Positions 1-8,789 of a DNA stretch of 46,888 nt are shown piece after piece. Under the pieces are notes generated by a model, which saw only the letters and a list, made by a program, of their open reading frames with translations, searched no databases and had not been told where the DNA came from. The first letter of the stretch is position 1. Every line of letters begins with the position of its first letter. The position numbers and the translations under genes were made by a program. The stretch covers positions 1-46,888 of the forward strand of contig JAYSWN010000205.1 in assembly GCA_043718025.1 (NCBI GenBank). The letters are read 5' to 3'. This DNA is from Pseudomonadota bacterium. GTDB lineage: Bacteria; Bdellovibrionota; FAC87; UBA2466.

Positions 1-54
1 GAACCGGGGAAAATCGCAACCCTGCCTCCGACAATGGCTCTGCTCCATACAACA

Positions 55-120
55 AGATCCTTCGGCTTTGCCTCAGGACACGTCCCTGTCGGAAAACGCA
101 AAGCGTTTCCCGACAGGGAC
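55..120. repeat. Two adjacent GC-rich hairpins (REP-like element or terminator) directly after the exbD stop
   Basis: 55-78 AGATCCTTCGGCTTTGCCTCAGGA folds as TCCT-TC-GGC-TTT-GCC-TC-AGGA; 82-120 GTCCCTGTCGGAAAACGC-AAA-GCGTTTCCCGACAGGGAC is an 18-bp stem with one mismatch. Confidence 0.55.
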
Positions 121-542
121 TAGTTAGGGGCCTGGGTGGCGATCGCAATTTTTTGCGCGCCGGCGTTTCTGGCGGCGTCCATGATTTGAACGGCCCGCCC
201 TAAAACAACGCCCTCGTCGCCGCGAATTACCACGGTCTTGTCGGTGCTTCCACCGAGGGCTTCACGAATCGTATCGGTCAAGCCTTCCATTCCGGTGCGT
301 TTGTCATTCACCGAAAGGCTACCGTCTTTGGAGATCGTGATGTAAATGGGTTTTGCATTTGAAGCAGTTGAGGCGGGAACGTTCTTTGCGGTAGGAAGCT
401 TTACTTGTAATCCCCCCTCCATCATCGCCGAGCTTGAAATCATGAAGATGATCAGCAACACGAGAAAGATATCAGTCAGCGGAGTGATATTTATCTCGGC
501 TACGATGTTATCTTCGGCTCCATCATCAATGCGCATCGACAT
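120..542 (-). CDS. exbD: Biopolymer transport protein ExbD/TolR
   Basis: EINITPLTDIFLVLLIIFMI TM motif with the conserved Asp; C-terminal VVIRGD...AGAQKIAI; follows exbB. Start placed at ATG 542 behind GAAAGG rather than TTG 557. Confidence 0.93.
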   Translation of the reverse strand: MSMRIDDGAEDNIVAEINITPLTDIFLVLLIIFMISSSAMMEGGLQVKLPTAKNVPASTASNAKPIYITISKDGSLSVNDKRTGMEGLTDTIREALGGSTDKTVVIRGDEGVVLGRAVQIMDAARNAGAQKIAIATQAPN

Positions 543-559
543 AAAAACGCCTTTCAAAA

Positions 560-1180
560 TTAGACGGCACGTTTTTCAGAAGAGAAATCTAAGAGCTCAT
601 CGAGAGTTAATTTTAACTGTAGGGTGGTGTTATTCGCCGTGTTGATAAAAACGTTGTACGCGAGCACCGCGATGATCGCCACAATTAGGCCGGCCGCCGT
701 TGCAATTAGCGCTTCGGAAATACCGCCGGCAACCACGGCAAAGCCGCCGGACCCTTTTTCTGACATGTCATGAAATGCGCGGACAATACCTACCACCGTG
801 CCCAACAAACCAATAAAGGGGCTTGAGCTGGCTATGGTGCCTAAAATCCAAAGATTCTTTTTCATCAGACCGGTTAGTCGGGCGCGATTTCTATCCGTCG
901 CCCGTTCGGCAAATTCTCGGCTCTTATGAGTATCCAGAGCACTCAGAAACAGATCAGAAAGGGGTGGCGTTTGGCTATGACAGAGCTGCTTTGCGGTTGC
1001 TACGTCACCGGCTTGAAGGCTTTGCGTAATGGACTGGGTAAGCTTCTTCATTTTGGGTCGAAGCGTTAAATAGAGGTAACCCCTCTCTAAAACCACCGCC
1101 CAAGTTAGGATGGATAGAATTAACAGTGGCCACATCACCCAGCCACCGGTCACGAAAAGTTGAGTAAGATTGGTCCCCAT
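560..1180 (-). CDS. exbB: MotA/TolQ/ExbB proton channel protein
   Basis: GGWVMWPL N-terminal [22 protein letters not shown] and [13 protein letters not shown] motifs; upstream AAGGAG RBS. Confidence 0.93.
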   Translation of the reverse strand: MGTNLTQLFVTGGWVMWPLLILSILTWAVVLERGYLYLTLRPKMKKLTQSITQSLQAGDVATAKQLCHSQTPPLSDLFLSALDTHKSREFAERATDRNRARLTGLMKKNLWILGTIASSSPFIGLLGTVVGIVRAFHDMSEKGSGGFAVVAGGISEALIATAAGLIVAIIAVLAYNVFINTANNTTLQLKLTLDELLDFSSEKRAV

Positions 1181-1424
1181 TAGTACAGCTCCTTGTTGGG
1201 AAACGATATCAGTGCCTTAGTATGAATGAAACTCCACAATTCTACGACGGTTTAGCCATTGAGACGTGGCAAGATGAATATGGTTTCAGGGGAAATTAAA
1301 GCTTCAGGCCTAGTGGCTGGGGCTGTTCAGGGGTTTCTCGCAAAAAACAAATAAGGAATTAACGCAAAAACGCCACCTCTTTTGCGTTAGATTCTTAAGG
1401 GGAGTTTGCGAGAATAATGGGACA

Positions 1425-1467
1425 GAAAAAGACTGCGGGCCCTAACGAGAATATCGTTAGGGCCCGC
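1425..1467 (-). terminator. Intrinsic terminator of hppA
   Basis: Perfect 14-bp stem GCGGGCCCTAACGA-GAATA-TCGTTAGGGCCCGC (1435-1467), followed on the minus strand by AGTCTTTTTC, just past the hppA stop. Confidence 0.8.
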
Positions 1468-1490
1468 GCCATTTTTAAACTGCTTCTTTG

Positions 1491-3593
1491 TTAGATGAAA
1501 AGCGGCGCCATCAGCAACGTGATCGTCGCCAAGAGCTTGATCAACACGTGGAGCGAAGGGCCAGCGGTATCTTTAAACGGATCGCCTACCGTGTCACCTA
1601 CGACCGCCGCCTTGTGAGCATCAGAGCGTTTCCCACCGTGAGCGCCAGTTTCGATGTACTTCTTGGCATTATCCCAAGCACCGCCGCTGTTGTTCAAGAA
1701 AGTCGCCATCAAGATACCGGTAATGGTTCCGACCATTAAAAAACCGGCAACTGCTTCGGCGCCGATTCCCGGCTCATGGCCAATGTGTTTAAACATCACA
1801 CCGACGGCAACCGGAACCGTAACTGCCAGAAGACCCGGAAGTACCATGGCTTTTAAGGCACCAATCGTAACGATGTCCACGCAGGCGCCGTAATCAGGTT
1901 TAGAAGTTCCCGCCATAATTCCGGAGTTACTTTTGAATTGGCGACGCACTTCTTGAATGATTGACTGAGCCACTTTGCCCACCGCTTTAATGGCGAAGGC
2001 AGAGAAGAGAAATACCAAGGCGGCTCCGAGAAGGGCCCCGATGAACACTTCGATTTTTGCCAAGTCCACCGACCGAAAGGGTTTCCCAGTAAGGTCTGAA
2101 ACCTCATCCAGGTAAGCGGAGAAGAGAAGAAATGCGGCGAGGGCGGCGCTACCAATCGCGTAGCCCTTGGTGAGCGCTTTCGTGGTGTTACCCACCGAGT
2201 CTAAGCGATCAGTGCGTTTGCGAATCTCTTCCGGCTGATGCGACATTTCAACGATGCCGCCGGCGTTATCGGTGATCGGGCCGAAAGTGTCCATGGCCAA
2301 GATATAGGCTGCGGTAGAAAGCATGCCCATCGTAGCCACGGCCGTTCCGTAAAGTCCGCCACCAGCAATCGCCTGCTCACCCATCCAATAGGACGAGAAC
2401 AAGGCTACCGAGATAGCAATTACGGGCGGTGCAGTGCATTCAAGACCAACGGCCACGCCGGTAATAATATTGGTCGCCGGACCGGTGAGACTGGCTTCAG
2501 CAATCGAGCGTACCGGGCGAAACCGGTATTCGGTGTAGTACTGGGTGATCCAAACAAACACGAAGCTCGTGGCGACGCCAACGATGCCAGCGGCAAAAAA
2601 CCACATGTTTCCTTGAAGCAGCCACTGAACGGCAATGTAAAAACCAATCATCGCTAGGATGGTGGTTACGTAATAGCCGCGATTAAGCGCTTCCATTGGA
2701 TCGTCTTCTTCGCTTTTTAGCTTCACGAAGAAGATTCCCACAATGCTCGCAACGATGCCAAGTGCGCGAGCCACAAGTGGAAAAAATACCACTCCGGTTC
2801 CGAGCGCCGGGTTTTTCTGAGCCAAGAAGGCACCAAGTACCATCGCTCCAACATTTTCTGCGGCAGTGGATTCAAACAGATCAGCGCCACGACCAGCGCA
2901 GTCACCGACGTTGTCTCCGACCAAATCGGCGATTACCGCAGGGTTACGTGGATCGTCTTCGGGAATTCCCGCTTCGACTTTACCCACAAGATCGGCGCCA
3001 ACGTCAGCTGCTTTGGTATAAATACCTCCGCCAAGCTGGGCGAAAAGGGCGACAAAACTTGCTCCAAAGCCGTAGCCTACAAGCTGAAGGGCAATGTCTT
3101 TCAATTCAGACGGTGTTTGGTCAACCCGACCACCGAAAAGGACGAAAAGACCGGTAACCCCCAGCAGACTGAAAGCGACCACCGCTAAGCCCGACACGGC
3201 GCCGCCACGAAGCGAAACTTGAAGCGCCTCATTTAAGCTGGTGCGAGCTGCTGATGCCGTTCGAATATTAGTGCGGATGGAAACCCACATTCCAACGAAA
3301 CCCGAAAGGGCCGAAGACAGGGCGCCAAGTACGAATCCTAGTGTCATTTTCCAGGCGTAATCACCACCTTTGTGATTGGCGTAAAACGCGTAGAGGAGAA
3401 TCGCAAAGACCACGGTGAGAATCGCGATGGTTTTGTTCATGCGTCTAAGGAAGGCCTCCGCCCCCTCTTTGATCGCATTGGATATGTCCTGCATCGCCGC
3501 AGTGCCCGTATCCTTTTTCATTACATAGTTCGAAAGGTAGAGAGCCATGACCAATGCCAAGCCCGAAATACCAAAAATTAAACCAAATTCCAT
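1491..3593 (-). CDS. hppA: Membrane-bound pyrophosphatase, K+-independent H+-pumping type
   Basis: GGGIYTKAADVGADLVGKVE, EDDPRN, DNVGD, GNTTKA and GDTVGDPFKD motifs; many TM helices; GGAGG RBS. Confidence 0.95.
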   Translation of the reverse strand: MEFGLIFGISGLALVMALYLSNYVMKKDTGTAAMQDISNAIKEGAEAFLRRMNKTIAILTVVFAILLYAFYANHKGGDYAWKMTLGFVLGALSSALSGFVGMWVSIRTNIRTASAARTSLNEALQVSLRGGAVSGLAVVAFSLLGVTGLFVLFGGRVDQTPSELKDIALQLVGYGFGASFVALFAQLGGGIYTKAADVGADLVGKVEAGIPEDDPRNPAVIADLVGDNVGDCAGRGADLFESTAAENVGAMVLGAFLAQKNPALGTGVVFFPLVARALGIVASIVGIFFVKLKSEEDDPMEALNRGYYVTTILAMIGFYIAVQWLLQGNMWFFAAGIVGVATSFVFVWITQYYTEYRFRPVRSIAEASLTGPATNIITGVAVGLECTAPPVIAISVALFSSYWMGEQAIAGGGLYGTAVATMGMLSTAAYILAMDTFGPITDNAGGIVEMSHQPEEIRKRTDRLDSVGNTTKALTKGYAIGSAALAAFLLFSAYLDEVSDLTGKPFRSVDLAKIEVFIGALLGAALVFLFSAFAIKAVGKVAQSIIQEVRRQFKSNSGIMAGTSKPDYGACVDIVTIGALKAMVLPGLLAVTVPVAVGVMFKHIGHEPGIGAEAVAGFLMVGTITGILMATFLNNSGGAWDNAKKYIETGAHGGKRSDAHKAAVVGDTVGDPFKDTAGPSLHVLIKLLATITLLMAPLFI

Positions 3594-3794
3594 CCGTCCT
3601 CCGTCACACGGTTGCTAGCTTTAAAACTGTCGGAACCCCTCATGCTGTGGATAAAAGTATGCACTACAAGAGGTCTAATTCACGATCAGACTGTATAAGG
3701 AAATCGACTGTTTATGCCGGAGGATTTTCAGTGTGGCAAGCCAGAAGCGGGGTTAATGAATGACCGAGTCCGTTTTCGCTGGGCGACTTAGGGT

Positions 3795-4775
3795 TCAGGG
3801 ATTGTTGGCTTTAAACCATTCCCATTGACTGCGGAGCATGCCTTCTAGGTCGCCCCGTGGAGAGAACCCCAATTCGTTTTTCATCAAAGTGGCATCGGCA
3901 ACTAGCTTTGGCGCGTCTCCCGGTCGTCGGGGTTTCACCACGGTAGTCAATTTTTTCATCATTACCTTTTCCGTCGCCGCAATCACTTGACTAACCGAGT
4001 AGCCATCGCCTCGGCCTAGATTCATCGCGCGTACCGGATTTTCGGATTGGTTTAGGTATTTTAAAGCCTGCACGTGGGCCATCGCCAAATCTTCTACGTG
4101 AATGTAATCACGAATGCAGGTGCCGTCCGGGGTAGGGTAGTCGTTGCCAAAGATGACCACCGGTTCATTGCGTTCGGCAAATCGGATTAAATTGGGAATA
4201 AGGTGGGTCTCAGGCTCATGGTTTTCGCCCCACCGGGCCCCCGAAAGCGCCCCGCCCGGATTGAAATAGCGTAGGTTGAGTGCCACTAACCCTTTGGTTG
4301 AAGCATACGAGGCCAGCATGCTTTCGACCATAGACTTTGAAACGCCGTACGGAGAAATTGGGGCGTGCGGGTGATCTTCAGGAATCGGAATCTGCTTCGG
4401 AACGCCATAAACTGCGCAGGTCGAGGAGTGTACGAAGTGAGTGATGCCCCGCTCAAGACTGACTTCTACACAGTTAAGCGCCGCCAGAATATTGTTCTCG
4501 AAATACAGACCGGGCTGAGCCATCGATTCTGGCACTAGCGCTTTTGCCGCGAAGTGAATGACCCCTACGGCCCCCGAGATCTGGTTCCAAGCTTTCTCAA
4601 CTTCGGATCGCTTTTTGAGATCAACTTGCAAAACCGGGAAAGGAAAATTTTTATGGGGCCGGCTCGAAGAGTAATCATCGACGACAATGGGCTCGTATCC
4701 TTGGCTTTCTAAAATGAAAGCCGTTGCGCCCCCCAGATAACCAGCGCCACCGGTAATTATGACCTTGGGTTTCAT
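3795..4775 (-). CDS. galE: UDP-glucose 4-epimerase
   Basis: TGGAGYLG Rossmann motif, HFAA, SSTCAVYG, YGVSK (YxxxK), LRYFN, PETHLIP, TPDGTCIRDYIHV. Start placed at ATG 4775, overlapping the pilD stop (ATGA). Confidence 0.92.
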   Translation of the reverse strand: MKPKVIITGGAGYLGGATAFILESQGYEPIVVDDYSSSRPHKNFPFPVLQVDLKKRSEVEKAWNQISGAVGVIHFAAKALVPESMAQPGLYFENNILAALNCVEVSLERGITHFVHSSTCAVYGVPKQIPIPEDHPHAPISPYGVSKSMVESMLASYASTKGLVALNLRYFNPGGALSGARWGENHEPETHLIPNLIRFAERNEPVVIFGNDYPTPDGTCIRDYIHVEDLAMAHVQALKYLNQSENPVRAMNLGRGDGYSVSQVIAATEKVMMKKLTTVVKPRRPGDAPKLVADATLMKNELGFSPRGDLEGMLRSQWEWFKANNP

Positions 4776-5572
4776 GGTGTCCCTTGATTGAAAATAAAGA
4801 GTCTTTGTAGTGCGTCGCCCCATTGCAGATAGGCCAGCGCTGCTGCGGCCAAGAATGGGCCAAAGGGAATGGCGGTCTTAAGCCCCTTTTTCTCAAACAG
4901 CATTACCGAAACCCCGGCAACCGAACCCACGGCGCTCGAGAGGATAATGACCATCAAAATACTGTGGCCACCGAGCCAGGCGCCGATCATCGCCAGTAAT
5001 TTAATATCGCCTCCGCCGAGACCTTCACGGCCCGAAAATTTTTCGTATAGCCAGGCTACTGAAAAGAAGATGCCTCCCCCGATGAGCACGCCAATAACAG
5101 AATCGAACCATTTCGGTTCCCCGGTGATGAATGAAAACAGAATGCCCAGAACAATGCCAGGAAGGCTGAGCTCATCCGGAATAATTCGGTGGTGCAAATC
5201 GATTCCTGAAATGATGAGGAGCAACGACGAAAAAATGACCGCGCCCAATAACGACCAGGTAAGGCCATATTTCAGGTACAACCAAAGAAACATAAAGCCC
5301 GTGATCAGTTCTACGATCGGATATTGGATGGAAATGGGAAGTTTACAGCGGTAGCACTTGCCCTTCAGGATCAAGAATCCGATCACCGGAATGTTGTGGT
5401 ACCAAAGAATTGGCGCCGCGCATTTGGGGCAACGGGAACTGTGGGTCACTACCGACTGTTCGGCAGGAATGCGGAAGATGCAAACGTTAAAAAAGCTTCC
5501 CCAGATTAAGCCCATTATAAAGGCAAAATAGGGTCCGCAGGCTAGCAGTGCTTTGATCTCAAGGTCGCTCAT
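4772..5572 (-). CDS. pilD: Prepilin peptidase / N-methyltransferase (A24 family)
   Basis: GSFFNVCIFRIP, two CxxC pairs (CPKC, CYRC), IDLHHRIIPD and GLGGGDIKL catalytic Asp motifs, IPFGPFL. Confidence 0.95.
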   Translation of the reverse strand: MSDLEIKALLACGPYFAFIMGLIWGSFFNVCIFRIPAEQSVVTHSSRCPKCAAPILWYHNIPVIGFLILKGKCYRCKLPISIQYPIVELITGFMFLWLYLKYGLTWSLLGAVIFSSLLLIISGIDLHHRIIPDELSLPGIVLGILFSFITGEPKWFDSVIGVLIGGGIFFSVAWLYEKFSGREGLGGGDIKLLAMIGAWLGGHSILMVIILSSAVGSVAGVSVMLFEKKGLKTAIPFGPFLAAAALAYLQWGDALQRLFIFNQGTP

Positions 5573-6333
5573 CAGTTGCCGATGTCCTTATGGTGAAATG
5601 ACAGGAGTGCCGCAGTTAGGAAAAAGCCAATGGTGCAGACACCATAGATCATTACGTAGCTCATCTCAGTCGTGGAGAGGCCGACACCGTAAGACGCAAG
5701 GTTTTTTAGATTGAAGACTTCGAGATCTGGGACCAAGGGGCGAACTACGCTCCACACTGAAATCGAACCGCCAGCCAGTTCGCGGGTTACCGGTTCGCGG
5801 AAGTGGGCCAGTCCGAATAGGCCCAACGTGGAAACCGACGTCAAAACCGCGCCAGCATGAATGGCAAAGAGGTAAGTAAACGAGGCAATGATCAGTGACT
5901 CAAAGTAAATTAGAATTCCGGTCTGCATTACGGGACCAGCGTAAAGAGGCACGTCGAAACGCATGCGAATCAAAAGCGTAAGGGCAATCATCACCGCCAC
6001 CACGATGGCTTGAACGGTGGCCTGGCCCAAAAATTTACCAAATAGGAAAGCGGCGCGGCTCACCGGTTTTGAGAGCACTAAGTAAACCGAGCCTACCGTG
6101 AATTCGCGATGAAAGAGGCTGATGCCGACGAAGAGCGGGAATAACACCATTGAAAGGTTGATCGTGCCCAACATAAAATCCAAGGTCAGCTTCGCATTCT
6201 CAGTGTAAGTAAGGCTGCCCAGCAATGCGCTCATCCCCAGTGAAGCTACCGAAAAAAAGATGAGCAGATGAAAAAAACGTTCGTAGATAAGCTCTTGAAC
6301 CGTCGCCACCGCAATCCAGAACATCGGCTTCAT
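5572..6333 (-). CDS. ABC transporter permease, PilI-like
   Basis: About six TM helices, LSKPVSR...GKFLG ABC-2-type motif; lies between an ABC ATPase and pilD as in the myxobacterial pilGHID order. Confidence 0.85.
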   Translation of the reverse strand: MKPMFWIAVATVQELIYERFFHLLIFFSVASLGMSALLGSLTYTENAKLTLDFMLGTINLSMVLFPLFVGISLFHREFTVGSVYLVLSKPVSRAAFLFGKFLGQATVQAIVVAVMIALTLLIRMRFDVPLYAGPVMQTGILIYFESLIIASFTYLFAIHAGAVLTSVSTLGLFGLAHFREPVTRELAGGSISVWSVVRPLVPDLEVFNLKNLASYGVGLSTTEMSYVMIYGVCTIGFFLTAALLSFHHKDIGN

Positions 6334-7283
6334 TTAGCCTCCGGGTTGAAGGGGCTGGGAGCGAACAAGGCTCGTTCGAGCGAAAGCTTTTCGGACATTA
6401 CCTCAACCACGTCATCACCGATTTCTCCGGCGTGGTGCAGGCAACGTTCTAACTCCTTGGCGCCATTTACTTTAAGTTGCAGGCCCATCGGGCAGAGTTC
6501 CGCACCCCATTCTTCAAGCCACGCACGCTGGTTTTTCTCGGCCACTCCACGTACCGTCACCTGGAACGATTGCGTGGGAGAACGCAGCACCTCGGTCATA
6601 GCGCCGTATCTTTCAAGTTGCCCTTTTTGAAGTAGCGCCACGTGAGTGCACAAATTTTCGGCGTCGCTCAAAATATGGGTGCTCATTAAAATTGTGGCCT
6701 TGGGCATTTGACGGTGAATTTTATGGATAAGCTCGCGCACCTCAATTCGCCCGATCGGATCCAGCCCGCTCATTGGTTCGTCAAAGATCAGTAGCGAAGG
6801 TTCGTTGAGCAAAGACTGGGCGATGGCGAGTCTTTGTCCCATCCCTTTGCTAAACCCTTTGATTCGCTCATTGGCGGCCGCTTTCAGATCTACGAGTTCG
6901 AGTAGCTCCCCAACTTTTCGATCCAGTTGTATTGCGCCCAGACCAAGTAGCCGACCGTAGTAGCGAAGGGCTTGGGTAGCGGTAAAAAATTGCGGGAAAC
7001 GAGGGTTTTCGGGCAGATAACCAATTTTGCGGCGCGACTCGGTGCGCGCCGGTTCTCCAAAGAGAAATAGGTTGCCCGCGGTGGGTTTTAGAAAACCCAT
7101 GAGCAGTTTAAAAGTGGTGGATTTTCCTGAGCCATTGGGGCCTAAAACCCCCAGTATTTGCCCTTGATCGGCGGTGAGCGAGAGTTTTTCCACCCCCACT
7201 TTCTTGGCCAAGAGTGACAGGCGATAGTGTTTGGTTGTTTCAATTAACGAAACGACTTCGCAATGTCGGTTTGGTTTTGTCAT
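6330..7283 (-). CDS. ABC transporter ATP-binding protein, PilH-like
   Basis: Walker A GPNGSGKST, signature FSKGMGQR, Walker B LLIFDEP, H-loop STH. Confidence 0.92.
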   Translation of the reverse strand: MTKPNRHCEVVSLIETTKHYRLSLLAKKVGVEKLSLTADQGQILGVLGPNGSGKSTTFKLLMGFLKPTAGNLFLFGEPARTESRRKIGYLPENPRFPQFFTATQALRYYGRLLGLGAIQLDRKVGELLELVDLKAAANERIKGFSKGMGQRLAIAQSLLNEPSLLIFDEPMSGLDPIGRIEVRELIHKIHRQMPKATILMSTHILSDAENLCTHVALLQKGQLERYGAMTEVLRSPTQSFQVTVRGVAEKNQRAWLEEWGAELCPMGLQLKVNGAKELERCLHHAGEIGDDVVEVMSEKLSLERALFAPSPFNPEAK

Positions 7284-8227
7284 GAATGGGGACGATGGAT
7301 GCCCACCGAGTTCAACAGTTTCTCTTTTTTAGGATCGGTGAGTCGAACTTTTTTAGTTAATGAATCATATCGAAACTCAAGGGGCTCCGCCAGCACGCGT
7401 GCCAATTCAGGGTCCAAAGTATCGTGGTTTTCAAAAAAATTAGCCAAGCTGCGTTGTGGTCCTACTTCGCTTAGGGAGCTGGGAAGTCGTTGGTGGTCAG
7501 CGGTAAAAGTTTTGATTCGATTGTCCCACTCCTGTTTTTCTAAGGCGTAGCGAAGGGCACTCACTCTCATCAATAGGCGCTGTTTTGCCTCGGGCGCGGT
7601 CACGGTAGAGTAGAGTTCAGCCGCCAGGTTTATGCTATGGGCAAGGCTTCCTGTTTCACTCAGCAATCGCACACCCAACGAGGTAAGCCACGGTGGCGAG
7701 CTCTCTAGTGATGCAGCAGCAAGCACCCGCTGGGCTGCGGTTTCGTAGTCGTTCAATTCTGAGTAGAGATGGAAGCCCAACTTAAAATGTGTTTTCCAAT
7801 ACCGTGGACGAAGTGCCACCCATCGTTCCAAGATGTCTTTGGCGCCCAGTTTGTCGCGACGGAAAATTGAGAGAAACGAAGCGCCGAAATGGTAGGCGCT
7901 TTCGAACTTGGGATCTAAACGCACCATGGTAAGCAAACGCGTGTATTCCCACGACACTTTTCCGGGAGGCACCGGCTCGGTGACTGCATTTTGAAGAAGA
8001 TGAATCCAAATCAAACCCGTCACCCATTGATTGAAGCCTAAAACGGCAGGTTTGCTTTTGCCGACGACCACTTGATCGAGATCTAAAGAAGGGGCTTTTG
8101 CATTGACGCTTAGGGCGCGCTTTTCCACCGCGATTTTTGCCGAAAGGAAAAGGGCCAAGGCAATGAGAACGGCCGCATAATAACTCAAGCTCCGGTAGTC
8201 AGAGCCTACTTTCACTTCATTTTGCAT
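7280..8227 (-). CDS. PilG/XapA-like membrane-anchored TPR-like protein
   Basis: N-terminal TM, LGFNQWVTGLIWI...LDPKFESAY...GFHLY pattern typical of PilG-like proteins; first gene of the overlapping ABC/pilD operon. Confidence 0.7.
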   Translation of the reverse strand: MQNEVKVGSDYRSLSYYAAVLIALALFLSAKIAVEKRALSVNAKAPSLDLDQVVVGKSKPAVLGFNQWVTGLIWIHLLQNAVTEPVPPGKVSWEYTRLLTMVRLDPKFESAYHFGASFLSIFRRDKLGAKDILERWVALRPRYWKTHFKLGFHLYSELNDYETAAQRVLAAASLESSPPWLTSLGVRLLSETGSLAHSINLAAELYSTVTAPEAKQRLLMRVSALRYALEKQEWDNRIKTFTADHQRLPSSLSEVGPQRSLANFFENHDTLDPELARVLAEPLEFRYDSLTKKVRLTDPKKEKLLNSVGIHRPHS

Positions 8228-8625
8228 CGACTTAATTTTAAGGGGGTTTGGCTAGTAAGTGGAGTCTTAATGGAAGAGTGAGGGGGGAGTAACCAACCTA
8301 AACCTTCGGCAACAGGTTTTGGGGGGTTGAATGGAAATGGGAAGATTCAAGTCAATCATCCCACCTCACTTTCCAAATTTTCAAATCTTAGAAGTTCTAA
8401 ATCGAGTCAGAGCCACCAAGTGACTTGCTGTCTAAGCAAATGACAGGCCAAAGGAACTCTCAACCGCCATTAAATTATAAATATGAATAAAATCAGATAA
8501 TTATAGTGTTTGGATTAGTTTTTATGGGTGGCCCGAAATGGCGCCACTTTTCTCTTGATCTAGTGCCAATCCGGAACCGATCTTTAACGCGTCGGATTAA
8601 GTATGTCTTTTTAGGCAGTTACGTC

Positions 8626-8658
8626 TGGTACCACACTGGTTCTCATTTGGTACCAGTC
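8626..8658. promoter_or_regulatory. Three tandem 11-bp units, candidate upstream activator sites
   Basis: TGGTACCACAC / TGGTTCTCATT / TGGTACCAGTC, about 100-135 bp upstream of a sigma54-type promoter; related unit TAGTGCCAATC at 8561. Confidence 0.5.
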
Positions 8659-8760
8659 TCTTTCTCGAATTGGCTTTGGAAGCTGCTCAAAACTTGGGCG
8701 TATTCTCGTAAGGTTGTTTTTATAAACTATTGAAATCATTATTTTAATCAAATTGTTTGT

Positions 8761-8776
8761 TGGTACCAGTCTTGCT
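8761..8776 (+). promoter_or_regulatory. Sigma54 (-24/-12) promoter
   Basis: TGGTACCAGTCTTGCT fits TGGCAC-N5-TTGCW with exact GG-N10-GC spacing; preceded by an AT-rich tract with IHF-like sequences. Confidence 0.65.
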
Positions 8777-8789
8777 TTATTGAAGCGCT

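Noticed and set aside
3646..3654. Perfect DnaA box TGTGGATAA upstream of hppA
   Set aside because: A single 9-mer can occur by chance in 47 kb; no box cluster, unwinding element or dnaA/dnaN nearby.
8506..8733. 75 aa intergenic ORF, considered as a possible pilin or small protein
   Set aside because: No class III signal (G|FTLxE), no clear RBS, and it overlaps the regulatory repeats.
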